Origin: a virus
IMG/VR virus record: IMGVR_UViG_3300030098_005028
Coordinates: 32,001 to 96,000 of that record
Direction: 5' to 3' (one strand)
Length of the DNA stretch: 64,000 nucleotides
In this document: one piece after another, positions 19,474 through 29,132 of the stretch
Layout of the letters: each line of letters begins with the position of its first letter
Position numbering within the stretch: position 1 is the first letter of the stretch
Position numbers and translations under genes: made by a program
Notes under the pieces: generated by a model
Seen by the model: the letters and a program-made list of their open reading frames with translations, nothing else
Database searches by the model: none
Told to the model about the DNA's origin: nothing

Positions 19474-20543
19474 GACATTGTTCTCAAAAAACCTTGTAAA
19501 TTATCTATTTCTTGCTCACAAAGAGAGTAAGTATCTTCTAAAAAGTAGTACTGTTCTGGCAAATCTATATTAAAAGGGTTTAGTGAACCCACTATTGTTT
19601 GTAAATCTATTAGCCTTGAATCATCACAATACTTTTTAGATTCATCTATCTTACTGACAAGAAGGTCAACATCATCGACTCTGGGGGTGTACATTTCTAT
19701 ATAGCATTTTCTAAAATGATCCCTGCATACATCAAAATCCTCGCCATCACACATAGACATCGCAAATGTGATGCCATCTGTCATTTTAGCAAAGTTCTCA
19801 GGCCATTCACCCTGTCTAATCCATGTATTTTGATCTGGAAAATGTATGTGTCTTTCTCCTCCTTCCACCCTTGGTGTACCATGCTCATGAATAATGTGAC
19901 AGAAAGAATTGTCTCTCATACCGTCTCCCCAAATTATGCTTAGAAACCCTATCATTTGATCGCAGAATCTAAGGTTAGATGGGCTAAGATACCATAATAT
20001 GCTCCAATTCATTTGTGCCGATTGAGTTCTTATAACATTATGCCAATTGCTGTGAAATCTTGTTGCTTGACTGTGAATTCTTTCTGCCGATGTGTCTCCT
20101 GTGATTGACTCAGGAAATTCGGTATACATAGGAGATCTTTCTTCGATTCCTCTCTCTCCAATATGCACCCCTGTCTTTCCCCCTCTAGCCGAACAGAAAT
20201 CTCTATTTTTGTTTAAGAAATCAATACAAGACTTTATTCCATTTATTGTAAAAAAATCATCATTGTCTATAACCATACATAGGGGCGTTTCGACTGCTAG
20301 TAATGATCTAGCGACTTTTCCATAGAAATCCTGAACTGTTTTGTCATATGGAAATCTAAGATATTCAATTTTCAATCCATCATAATAGTTTGATTCTATG
20401 CTTTTTTGTATTCTTGAGTCTATTTCTCCCCCATCAGCTATGACCAAAGGGAAAGGGCATTCTATTTCATACAAATAAGCCAAGAGACGGCGAGAATAGA
20501 ACTCTCTGCCTTTGATTGGTAATACTAGTGTTAGATCATTCAT
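19470..20543 (-). CDS. GT2-like glycosyltransferase (TIGR00180-like)
   Basis: 'LTLVLP.KGR', 'IADGG', 'DNDDF'. Confidence 0.75.
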   Translation of the reverse strand: MNDLTLVLPIKGREFYSRRLLAYLYEIECPFPLVIADGGEIDSRIQKSIESNYYDGLKIEYLRFPYDKTVQDFYGKVARSLLAVETPLCMVIDNDDFFTINGIKSCIDFLNKNRDFCSARGGKTGVHIGERGIEERSPMYTEFPESITGDTSAERIHSQATRFHSNWHNVIRTQSAQMNWSILWYLSPSNLRFCDQMIGFLSIIWGDGMRDNSFCHIIHEHGTPRVEGGERHIHFPDQNTWIRQGEWPENFAKMTDGITFAMSMCDGEDFDVCRDHFRKCYIEMYTPRVDDVDLLVSKIDESKKYCDDSRLIDLQTIVGSLNPFNIDLPEQYYFLEDTYSLCEQEIDNLQGFLRTMS

Positions 20544-21252
20544 TTAATTCTCTTTTCATTTTATCTAGATTCATAGAGGTATCTTTTGGCATTATTTCAC
20601 TAATATCTTCTAGATATATTTTTCCAACATCTGGATTATCTTTTTTTGCGAATTCATATATGCTAGACGATTTTCCTCCTATGTTTATTGTTCCTTTCTT
20701 GTCTAAAAGCATAAGTATTATGTCTGCTACGTCATCATCATATATTAGACTTTTTTTAGAATCTGCTATCGCTGATTTATGAGGAAATGGCTTAGAACAC
20801 ATCGCTACTCTTAGGATGAGATGATTGTCGTGCATTCTTACAGCACATTCGCCTCCAAGTTTAGACCAAGCATACTTATTTATTGGTAATATCGGGTCTT
20901 CTTCTTTGTAGTCTCCAGTCAATCCGGGATAAACAAAGTCAGTTGATATATAAACAAGCTTTATCCCCATCATTATGCAGGTCGCAGCGACATGAGATGT
21001 TCCAACAATATTAGTATGCAGGCTTTCCAAAGGGTTATTATCATGAATATTCATTGGCCGTGTCAATGCGGCGGTATGTATGATTACATCTGGCTTTACA
21101 GCACCAACCCAAAATGTAATGTCTGACATTGATTTGATATTCATCTCCCCTTTTGGAGGAGCGACTATGTCATGATTACGACTACGGTTTGACTGAATTA
21201 TTTTTTTTGCCAGCTTTCCTTCGCCGCCGGTAATTAATATCTTCATACCCAA
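20536..21252 (-). CDS. rfbD: dTDP-4-dehydrorhamnose reductase-like SDR
   Basis: 'ITGG.G.L', 'IH.AA.T', 'YISTDFV..G', 'Y.EED...P.NKYA.SK'. Confidence 0.85.
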   Translation of the reverse strand: MGMKILITGGEGKLAKKIIQSNRSRNHDIVAPPKGEMNIKSMSDITFWVGAVKPDVIIHTAALTRPMNIHDNNPLESLHTNIVGTSHVAATCIMMGIKLVYISTDFVYPGLTGDYKEEDPILPINKYAWSKLGGECAVRMHDNHLILRVAMCSKPFPHKSAIADSKKSLIYDDDVADIILMLLDKKGTINIGGKSSSIYEFAKKDNPDVGKIYLEDISEIMPKDTSMNLDKMKRELNE

Positions 21253-22144
21253 GTAACTCCAGAGTTTCAGCTATTGCATTTTCAACTTTTCCGCAAGGTC
21301 GCCATTCAGTTAACTCTAATAGCTTTTTATTACTGACCTTATAACTATGTTGATTTAATAATGGGGTATCAACAAATTCTACATCAAGATGACTGACATA
21401 CTTCTTTATTTCTTCTACAATTTCTGAAAGCTTGTGATTGTCTGTCAAGACATTGTATGTCTGATTATATACAAGCTCTTCGTCTAGTATATGTCTCATT
21501 AATGAACATAGATCTGACAGGCACAAATATGGCCTATAATGATGATAATTTTGTTTCCAAACACTAAGAGGCTTGTTAAAAGCTGCTTGATAACAGAATT
21601 TATTTATTGCAGTATGGAATCTCATTCCATTGCTAATTCCGTATATAGTACCAAGCCTTAAAATTATATATTTAGTTTCTTGTAGGTTTTCATTAATCCA
21701 GTCTTCTACCCATACCTTCGTCTCAGCGTAAGGGCTTTGTGCATTTACATATTTTTTATCTTCATTTACTAATTTATCTGAAGTTCCGTAGACACTGGTC
21801 GAAGATGGAAATATTACTGTCTTTACTTTTGAATGTTCTACCTTAGTTAAAAATTTACAAGTCTGTTCTACATTAACTTTCCAAACCCATTTTGGATCTC
21901 TAAAGCTAGATGCAGCATCAGTTATAGCTGCCAAATGAATAACAGCATCAAATTTATCTAAAAAAGATTTGTCTAAATCAATAAATGAATGGTCAACAAA
22001 CCTAATATTTTTTTCTAGATTGAATAATGAGCAGTACCTCTGAGTACTTAAATTGTCACATACAGTTAGATCGTAATCAGATAAAAACCTAATCAAGCCC
22101 GATCCTATATGTCCAAGACCGCCTGTTATTAAGATTCTTTCCAT
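21182..22144 (-). CDS. NAD-dependent epimerase/dehydratase (extended SDR)
   Basis: 'ITGGLGHIG', 'HLAA', 'SS.SVYG', 'PYA.TK'. Confidence 0.9.
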   Translation of the reverse strand: MERILITGGLGHIGSGLIRFLSDYDLTVCDNLSTQRYCSLFNLEKNIRFVDHSFIDLDKSFLDKFDAVIHLAAITDAASSFRDPKWVWKVNVEQTCKFLTKVEHSKVKTVIFPSSTSVYGTSDKLVNEDKKYVNAQSPYAETKVWVEDWINENLQETKYIILRLGTIYGISNGMRFHTAINKFCYQAAFNKPLSVWKQNYHHYRPYLCLSDLCSLMRHILDEELVYNQTYNVLTDNHKLSEIVEEIKKYVSHLDVEFVDTPLLNQHSYKVSNKKLLELTEWRPCGKVENAIAETLELLGYEDINYRRRRKAGKKNNSVKP

Positions 22145-22527
22145 TCTAAAAATTCCTCATAATTTCTTATGTAATCTTCTTCCATATAAAGATGGCTACA
22201 CAAAACTAAAAGTACAGAGTTATTTGTAGTGTAAACTTGCTCTGCCCAAACCCCAGCGGGTATGATAATTCCTTTACTTGCAGAGTTTATATGTATCGTT
22301 TGCTGTTCTTTTCCGTCTTTTAGTATTACAGTAATTCCACCATTTATACATACTAAGAGTTGTTCAGTCATTACATGTGCATGACCACCACGCTTTTCCC
22401 CTGCACTAACTCCATAAACATAGAATACTCTTTGGAAGTCAAAAGGTGCTTCTTTCAAGTTTTCTATTACTGTTAGGTTTCCTCTTTCGTCAGAGAATGT
22501 AGGCAAGTCAATTCTTTGAATATTCAT
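22129..22527 (-). CDS. fdtA: dTDP-6-deoxy-3,4-ketohexulose isomerase (FdtA/QdtA/WxcM-like cupin)
   Basis: 'DERGNL', 'PF..RVFY', 'RGGHAH', 'Y.E.DYIR.Y'; start chosen at the ATGA overlap. Confidence 0.9.
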   Translation of the reverse strand: MNIQRIDLPTFSDERGNLTVIENLKEAPFDFQRVFYVYGVSAGEKRGGHAHVMTEQLLVCINGGITVILKDGKEQQTIHINSASKGIIIPAGVWAEQVYTTNNSVLLVLCSHLYMEEDYIRNYEEFLEWKES

Positions 22528-22973
22528 TTGTTTTCTGTTTCCCATTCTTCACCAAAGTCACCAACCTTGGCTCTGAATTCATCTGAAGGATCATATTTTT
22601 CTGATAGATAGTATAGCATTATTGAGTTTGGCTCCAACGCTTGGTATCCATGATAAACTCCCGGTGGTATTTTTATTACTCTTTGTTCTCTTTCAGTAAT
22701 ATATAAGAACTCTGTTTTCTCTCCAGTTGACAAGCCAACTTTAAAAGAGCCTTTTATGCATACCCAAAAGTCAGTCTGTTTTTCATGCTTGTGCCAAGCA
22801 ACTATATGTTTAGTTGAATTAACATAAGAAATATTGATTTGCCCTTTCATAGAATCCTTCCCTGTAAATGAATCGTCAAATACATCTAAGTATCTTTCAG
22901 CACGATCATCTATATGGAAAGGAATCTTTTTGGCGTAATAGTTTTTTTTAGGAGATTTATCTGACTTTTTCAA
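22524..22973 (-). CDS. rfbC: dTDP-4-dehydrorhamnose 3,5-epimerase-like cupin
   Basis: 'DDR', 'AWH.H..Q.D', 'IPPGVYHGYQAL', 'YDP.DE'. Confidence 0.75.
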   Translation of the reverse strand: MKKSDKSPKKNYYAKKIPFHIDDRAERYLDVFDDSFTGKDSMKGQINISYVNSTKHIVAWHKHEKQTDFWVCIKGSFKVGLSTGEKTEFLYITEREQRVIKIPPGVYHGYQALEPNSIMLYYLSEKYDPSDEFRAKVGDFGEEWETENK

Positions 22974-23647
22974 AACAATATCCCCTGACTTATCATTTCT
23001 TCTGCTTTTTCTAAATCTTCAGCGGTATCAATGTCTACATACATTGATCTTGGTATTTCGACACCTTTGACATTTCCGACAAAAAAGTTTTTGTGTTCTC
23101 TAATATGAGACCAGTGAGACATATAGAACGAACCATTTGGCTTGTAGTATTTTTGGATGAATTTGCTGTTTGTCAATCCAGAAGTTAGGTTGTCAAAAAC
23201 TGGAAAAACGCTGTCATTCCTCTTAATCATAGCGAGTTGTATTGGTTCAGAATATTCACTAATACTAACTACAGAGTCACATTCTCGGAGAATCTCAATC
23301 GCTTTCGATATATCTTCTGTCTTCCTAAAAGGACATGTTGGCAAAAAGTAAGAAAAGACATCGTGTCTTTCCACATCTTGCATCATAGCAATTAACGCAG
23401 AAAGAACCGTTGCTTTCTCTGTAGCATACTCAGCAGGCCTATCATATATTTCTACGTCGTAATCCTTCGCTACATCTTTTATTTCTTGTGAGTCAGTAGA
23501 TACAATAATAGTATCAAATTCTCCAGAGTCTATTACTGTCTCTATTGTATGAACAATGAGTGGTCTGCCTCCTAAAAGACGAATGTTCTTATCTTTTAGT
23601 CTAGTCGATCCACCTCTCGCCGGTATAACAGCTAGTCTTGTGATCAT
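22970..23647 (-). CDS. CMP-ulosonic acid synthetase (NeuA/PseF-like cytidylyltransferase)
   Basis: 'IPARGGS.R..KN', 'VSTD', 'PT.P.R', 'NGS.Y', 'DID...D'. Confidence 0.9.
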   Translation of the reverse strand: MITRLAVIPARGGSTRLKDKNIRLLGGRPLIVHTIETVIDSGEFDTIIVSTDSQEIKDVAKDYDVEIYDRPAEYATEKATVLSALIAMMQDVERHDVFSYFLPTCPFRKTEDISKAIEILRECDSVVSISEYSEPIQLAMIKRNDSVFPVFDNLTSGLTNSKFIQKYYKPNGSFYMSHWSHIREHKNFFVGNVKGVEIPRSMYVDIDTAEDLEKAEEMISQGILF

Positions 23648-24366
23648 CCTTTTCTCCTTAGATAGCCATCTGGATGACAGGAGAACAATAGTTTGTTGCG
23701 AATCCTTTCATCTCTCTCAAAATTTTCATTAGAATCCAGAAACTCATTCAAAGCGGTTCGTGGGTTATTTCCTTTACCCCATTCTTTATCTCTGTGAAGT
23801 TTTGGCATGTCTTCAATAACAGTGTCTGCACAAATCAAGTAGCATCCTTCACTTACCAGTTCACTATATATATTAAGTTCTTTTAGTACATGTTCATGTG
23901 TATGGTGAGAGTCGAGTATTACCATGCATTTACCATCTACCTTGTTTTTTATTTGATCTAATGTTTCTTTGTGTAAAGAAGAGCCTTCTAGAAATATCAA
24001 CTCTACTCCAATATTTTTTTTAGTTACTCTATCTAACATGTCTTCTGGCATGTAGATGTCGATACCTATTAATGATTTGCCACCATACATAGCCATTAAT
24101 GTCGAGTAAAATAGTGATGATCCTCCCCAAGCTACTCCTACCTCAATAATATGGTCTGGCTTAGTATCAAGAATTATTTCTTGTATTGCAAACATATCTT
24201 GCGGTAACTGAAGGACTGGTTCTCCTTGCCAATTAGTTTGGTTAATCCAGTGATAACTGTCAGCATGACACAAAGTGCTTATTGCCTTATTCTTCAAAGA
24301 TTTGTCTTCCCACATATCTTTTGCTTCAGACAGTCGTAGTTCCTCAAATTCTTCCCTAGTGTACAC
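23644..24366 (-). CDS. CmcI (cephalosporin hydroxylase)-family SAM O-methyltransferase
   Basis: 'W.G.P..Q.PQD...QE.I...KPD.IIE.GVA.GGS', 'VILDS.HT..HVL.EL', 'NNP.TA'. Confidence 0.9.
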   Translation of the reverse strand: MYTREEFEELRLSEAKDMWEDKSLKNKAISTLCHADSYHWINQTNWQGEPVLQLPQDMFAIQEIILDTKPDHIIEVGVAWGGSSLFYSTLMAMYGGKSLIGIDIYMPEDMLDRVTKKNIGVELIFLEGSSLHKETLDQIKNKVDGKCMVILDSHHTHEHVLKELNIYSELVSEGCYLICADTVIEDMPKLHRDKEWGKGNNPRTALNEFLDSNENFERDERIRNKLLFSCHPDGYLRRKG

Positions 24367-25123
24367 AGGCTTTGATCTCCTCTTGTTTTGTAATCAAATA
24401 ATCGACTCTAGAAAGATCTATTTGGCAGTCGGCATCTGAAGTAGACGAAGGAGGATGAGGATGAACCTCGGCAAATACAGCGTCATAGCCAAACACGCCA
24501 GATGATAGAAGATATTTTTCTGCTAATGACCTATCTCCTTGAGTACCATACACATGCCTGCTTCTTTGTGTAGAGTGAGTACAGTCAATTACAACTTTGT
24601 CATAACACTTTTTCAATTCTTCTATAATAGTAAAATCGACAATCAACTTGTCGTAACCATAGTTAGAACCCCTGTCGCATACCCATGCCTCTGTACTAGG
24701 GTCTGTATCTTTAATTTTATCTAAAGACTTAATCAGGTTGTTAGGCCCGATCCACTGACCCTTCTTTATGTTTACTTTGTCAAATGACTGAGCAGAAGCA
24801 ACTATTAGGTCTGTTTGACGACATAGAAAAGCAGGGATTTGCACCAAGTCAATCACACCAGCAAGCTTTTCTACCTGCCACACTTCATGAATATCTGTGG
24901 TTAATTTTATAGTAGGGTGCTTTTCTTTTACCTCACGAAAAAGTTCAATCCCTTCTTCCAAACCAACACCACGTCCTCCGTATAAAGAAGTACGATTAGC
25001 TTTATCAAAAGAGGCTTTATAATACCAGTCACGATCACCCATTATTTCTACTAAGTGATCAGCCGTATTTAGGTACATCTCCCTGTTGTCAATAGTACAA
25101 GGCCCTAGTATCCAAGTGGTCAT
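24356..25123 (-). CDS. kdsA: 3-deoxy-8-phosphooctulonate (KDO8P) synthase-like
   Basis: 'GPC', 'KASFDKANRTS', 'TTD.HE', 'QIPAFLCRQTDL', 'N.KKGQ', 'D.THS.Q', 'F.EVH', 'SD'. Confidence 0.92.
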   Translation of the reverse strand: MTTWILGPCTIDNREMYLNTADHLVEIMGDRDWYYKASFDKANRTSLYGGRGVGLEEGIELFREVKEKHPTIKLTTDIHEVWQVEKLAGVIDLVQIPAFLCRQTDLIVASAQSFDKVNIKKGQWIGPNNLIKSLDKIKDTDPSTEAWVCDRGSNYGYDKLIVDFTIIEELKKCYDKVVIDCTHSTQRSRHVYGTQGDRSLAEKYLLSSGVFGYDAVFAEVHPHPPSSTSDADCQIDLSRVDYLITKQEEIKACVH

Positions 25124-26007
25124 TTAACAATCTCCAAAATTTTAGCAATTCTCTTTTTCTCTGTAGGTGTGACAGAAGGAAAGGGATGCCTATTGTAATC
25201 ACAAAATCCTAGCTGACGAAGAGCCTCCCTCATCGCCTTGTGCCATCCAATTGACATAAACACATCGAATAACTGTGTCTCTTTATGGATGTAGAACATA
25301 CTTTTTGTCTTAAAGTATTCTATTTCTTGCTTTGGAAACATACTTCCAATGCCAGAGACGAAGGATTGTACACCGGTGGGTTGTAGCGCATTGAAGCGAC
25401 GAATACTCCCGCCAGCAACTATAACACAGAAATTCTTCTTGTCAATATCTTTGCATACATTAAATGCCAATCCGAGGTCAGAAGTTTCTTCTTTCATGCC
25501 AAATATGTTTTTATGAGAAGAAATCTTATTAATTAATTCTGCTGTATAATCATAAGACCCTCCAGTTCCCTTACGCATGAACATACCATGAAATATTACG
25601 GGTAACTTACTTCTATCTGCTATCTTATGAAAGTAGCTAACAATGGTCTTATCGTCATAATATCTATCAGGATAAAGAGCCATTAAAAAAGTTTTATTAC
25701 TTTTCTTCATCTTTTCGTTATAAAAGTCAACATCATCAAGTACAGACCGTAAATCTTTTCCCTGAAGACCAATTATCTTTGTATTTACGAAAGAGTCATA
25801 GAGAGTAAAGTTGAGAGAAAATATTTCTTCCTTACTTAGAAGATTATATTGAGAAGTCCCTGCTGTAGTCATAACGCATTTTGCGCCATTTGATTGCAAG
25901 TATGATATGTACTTTTTTGTCTTTGCTAGATCTAGGTCTCCGTTTCTTTTATAAGAAGGAGGCAACGCAAAAGATGGTGTGTCGCATAACATTTTTGACT
26001 TATTCAT
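25120..26007 (-). CDS. DapA/NanA-family class I aldolase (dihydrodipicolinate synthase / N-acetylneuraminate lyase-like)
   Basis: 'AGTSQYNLLS.EE', Schiff-base 'GMKEE'. Confidence 0.8.
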   Translation of the reverse strand: MNKSKMLCDTPSFALPPSYKRNGDLDLAKTKKYISYLQSNGAKCVMTTAGTSQYNLLSKEEIFSLNFTLYDSFVNTKIIGLQGKDLRSVLDDVDFYNEKMKKSNKTFLMALYPDRYYDDKTIVSYFHKIADRSKLPVIFHGMFMRKGTGGSYDYTAELINKISSHKNIFGMKEETSDLGLAFNVCKDIDKKNFCVIVAGGSIRRFNALQPTGVQSFVSGIGSMFPKQEIEYFKTKSMFYIHKETQLFDVFMSIGWHKAMREALRQLGFCDYNRHPFPSVTPTEKKRIAKILEIVK

Positions 26008-26641
26008 AAGATATAATTAATCCTTTGTCTATCAATTCTTTTATTTTAGATCTTTCATATTTGTAGTGATGGGTCATATGAGTCCCTTTGTCTTCCCAGT
26101 AATGCTGCGCGAACTCGTCATTCAACCCAAAACCGAATATATGAGGTATGACACCAACACGAATACATAGGTGTATTATCGCAAAACCTATGCTTGGTCT
26201 TCTATGGCCCGTGTTAACTTGACATATGTGTTGTATTGAAGAGTAGTCTCCTAGATAAGGATCGCAAGACGAATGTATGTTCTCATGTCTTGACCTCCAT
26301 TCATCACCCCTGCCGTTATGTTCATTAGTCTGTGGGCCAATCATTAATATTTTCATATTTCTAAGATCTTTGACGAAGTTTGCTGGTTGACCTTTGTTCG
26401 TCCAGTTGCCGACTCTTGGGTGCGGCACATTTGAAAATACATGTTGATTAGCAACACGAATAGTGGTTCTAGAACCTACATGGGTTTCATAGCTTTCTGT
26501 TGGCGCTCTGTTAAATCTAACTATGTCGTCGAATTCGTCAATGAATTCACCGTATGTTCTATTAAGTATAGATGGACTAGAAGCAATTATTGCTATGTTG
26601 TTACTTACATCTAGGTCTGGAGTTACATATTGAAGTATCAT
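26000..26641 (-). CDS. GT29 sialyltransferase-like glycosyltransferase
   Basis: Sialylmotif L 'IAIIASS..L....GEFIDEFD.IVRFNRAP...YE.HVGSRTT', motif S 'PSIG...IHLC...IFGF', motif III 'HYWE', VS 'HHYKYE'. ATG at 26641 forms an ATGA overlap. Confidence 0.88.
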   Translation of the reverse strand: MILQYVTPDLDVSNNIAIIASSPSILNRTYGEFIDEFDDIVRFNRAPTESYETHVGSRTTIRVANQHVFSNVPHPRVGNWTNKGQPANFVKDLRNMKILMIGPQTNEHNGRGDEWRSRHENIHSSCDPYLGDYSSIQHICQVNTGHRRPSIGFAIIHLCIRVGVIPHIFGFGLNDEFAQHYWEDKGTHMTHHYKYERSKIKELIDKGLIISYE

Positions 26642-27321
26642 CCACAACATCCTCCTGAACTTACATTTTCAATAGCACCTAAGTCTTTTAAGAGAAGAAC
26701 GTCTACTGAGTCTTCTTCTCCGTTTGGATTTGTGCCAAATGTATCCCATTTGAATATCGTATACCCATTTTTCTTTATTGTTTGCAAAAACTCTGACTTG
26801 TTATATGAAAATTTATATGTCTTTATTCCGTATGGTGTTTGATAAACTTCGCTATTACTTTTTTCTTTTGTTATTGGTATTCTCTGCAAAATTATCATAT
26901 TTGCGCATATGCTAAGTATGTGTTCTAGGCATTCATTTCCATTTGGTAGTATGTCTATCAGCCCATTAACAACAATAAGGTCATTATCAAAAATATCATC
27001 CCACTTGATATCTTGATAAGATTTGTTATAAAAACTACCAATCTCTCCAAATGATTCACTTGCTAGGTCAACTGCCTCTTTTGAATAGTCATACCCTATG
27101 TATTGAACATCCTCAAACTCTTGCGCTACTATCATTGAGTAGGCACCACACCCACAACCAATGTCAATAACTCTAGAAATTCTCTTCCTTACCATCGTTG
27201 CCTGATCAACAAAATGGTGCCAATGTGCAGGCCATTCATTTTGAAACTGGCTTATGTTAAGTCTTAATTGCTGTACAAATACATCTCTGTTTTTCCATGA
27301 GTCAATGTGTTCGGAATTCAT
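26638..27321 (-). CDS. Class I SAM-dependent methyltransferase
   Basis: 'VIDIGCGCG', 'Y.GYD.S'. Confidence 0.85.
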   Translation of the reverse strand: MNSEHIDSWKNRDVFVQQLRLNISQFQNEWPAHWHHFVDQATMVRKRISRVIDIGCGCGAYSMIVAQEFEDVQYIGYDYSKEAVDLASESFGEIGSFYNKSYQDIKWDDIFDNDLIVVNGLIDILPNGNECLEHILSICANMIILQRIPITKEKSNSEVYQTPYGIKTYKFSYNKSEFLQTIKKNGYTIFKWDTFGTNPNGEEDSVDVLLLKDLGAIENVSSGGCCG

Positions 27322-28195
27322 TTAGCTGATCCTCAAACCTTTTTTTCAACTTGTCCATATTCTGTAGAATTATCTCTGGGTGTTCTTCTTCAAAAGGCTT
27401 TGTTCTACAAGAGCCTCTTACACTAGGTTTGAACTCATGAACACCGTCATACTCTTCTTCTATTCGACTTCTGGTTGATTGACTTCCAGTAACCCAAGGA
27501 AGGTATACATTTTCAAAATAATCATCAATACAATTTTGTTTACTTACCGCTGCTTTATAGTAGCTTACTTTTTGTTTTACTTGTTGAGGGAAGACGTAGC
27601 TGTAGTGATACATTCTGACACCAAGTTTTTCATCCAGCGTATTATGGTCTAGGTGTCTTTTTGGCAATCTTTCGTGTATAGGTATCGTGTGAGCTATAGT
27701 AGGAGGTCTATGTGTTGCCCAATAAGAACCCGGATATACCTTTCGGATTCTCATAAATTCTGCTCCTTCTTCAAATCCTCCTAATACATTATCAAATCCC
27801 CCATAGAAACTTCTGCTTCTGAAACCTACTGAAGTGATTTTGAACTCTTCCAATACCTCCATGATCGTTTCAATATCTCTTGACTTGAATACTTCATCAC
27901 AATCTAAGTTCCATATGTAATCATTGTCTTCATCCAAAAGTTTCATATATGTATTGCACTGATGATCCTTTTCCTGATATTGGCTACTTACGATCTGTAT
28001 TTTATTTTCAGGGTCTGGAATAGAATTCAATACTTCTATGGTTCCATCTGTAGACTTGGATAGTCCTTGTTGTTGCCAGTATGTTACTGGGCCTTCAGCA
28101 ATCAAAATTTGATTTGCATATGGGTAAACAGATTTTATGCACTCTTCAAGTACATAGTTTCCATTAAGAACAATCATTCCAAAGGCTATCTTCAT
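27302..28195 (-). CDS. GT2-like glycosyltransferase
   Basis: 'GMIVLNG', 'S.DGT', 'LDCDE', 'HYSY'. Confidence 0.8.
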   Translation of the reverse strand: MKIAFGMIVLNGNYVLEECIKSVYPYANQILIAEGPVTYWQQQGLSKSTDGTIEVLNSIPDPENKIQIVSSQYQEKDHQCNTYMKLLDEDNDYIWNLDCDEVFKSRDIETIMEVLEEFKITSVGFRSRSFYGGFDNVLGGFEEGAEFMRIRKVYPGSYWATHRPPTIAHTIPIHERLPKRHLDHNTLDEKLGVRMYHYSYVFPQQVKQKVSYYKAAVSKQNCIDDYFENVYLPWVTGSQSTRSRIEEEYDGVHEFKPSVRGSCRTKPFEEEHPEIILQNMDKLKKRFEDQLNEFRTH

Positions 28196-29100
28196 AGTTT
28201 ATATGTACTCTTTATCATGTATGTGCAGTCATAGTAATTGTCGTAAACATCTTTTATTCCTAAGTTAGGCAATATATTTCCCCATTCTCCATGCCTGTCT
28301 ACTCTATATAAACCCTCATCATAGTTAGGATTGAAATGGGAGAAGTGATTGAAAACTAAATCTTGAGTCACTTTCCCCTGCTTCATTACAAATTGAGAGT
28401 CCCACATTATTTTCTTATCTTGTATTTCAGCATGAGGAAAATTCCAAGGCGCACCATGCCCTATGTCTTCGTCTATAATTTTTACATTGTTCTGACCAAA
28501 TATCTCCCCAAACAACTCTAGGTACTTTTGATCTCCGCATGTGCCATGTGTGACAGAAAACCTATTATTAGTATCAACAACCACATCCTTCCAAAAACTT
28601 GAGCAGGGCAGACCTACCTCATCGTTACGGAAGTACACAATACCTACATTGTAATAACCAGTACGGCTATTAGACTCAAGCGATTGGTGCTTATGGGTAA
28701 TTAATCCAATAGAGTAATTATCTACACAGTCAAATATGACTCGTGGGTCTTTATAAAATAGAATATCGGAGTCCACATAGAGACACTCACTACATTTTTT
28801 CAATACAAAGTTTGTAAAGAAGGCCGACAAAGCCCAATGAAATTCACAATGACCATCAGGATGTGTTCCATCGTCCCTAGCGTTATTCTTCTTTAGTAGT
28901 TCAAAGTCGTCACTAGCTAAATCATCCAACCTATACGGAATAATCTCTCTGAAGTTTATATCGTTTAACTTGTGATAGGCAGTATCATCTGTACAAAGAT
29001 AATGTAATTCAAATGGTTCTGATGCGTACTGCCTTATCGAATGATACATCGTAAGACCATATGTAAGATATTTACTGTCTGAAAGAGTTGCGAATATCAT
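28192..29100 (-). CDS. GT-A glycosyltransferase (GT8-like)
   Basis: 'YVDSD..F', 'YNVG', 'GDQKYL', 'APWN', 'F.HFS'. Confidence 0.8.
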   Translation of the reverse strand: MIFATLSDSKYLTYGLTMYHSIRQYASEPFELHYLCTDDTAYHKLNDINFREIIPYRLDDLASDDFELLKKNNARDDGTHPDGHCEFHWALSAFFTNFVLKKCSECLYVDSDILFYKDPRVIFDCVDNYSIGLITHKHQSLESNSRTGYYNVGIVYFRNDEVGLPCSSFWKDVVVDTNNRFSVTHGTCGDQKYLELFGEIFGQNNVKIIDEDIGHGAPWNFPHAEIQDKKIMWDSQFVMKQGKVTQDLVFNHFSHFNPNYDEGLYRVDRHGEWGNILPNLGIKDVYDNYYDCTYMIKSTYKL

Positions 29101-29132
29101 TTTATGTAAAACCTAATTTTTATCTTAATATG

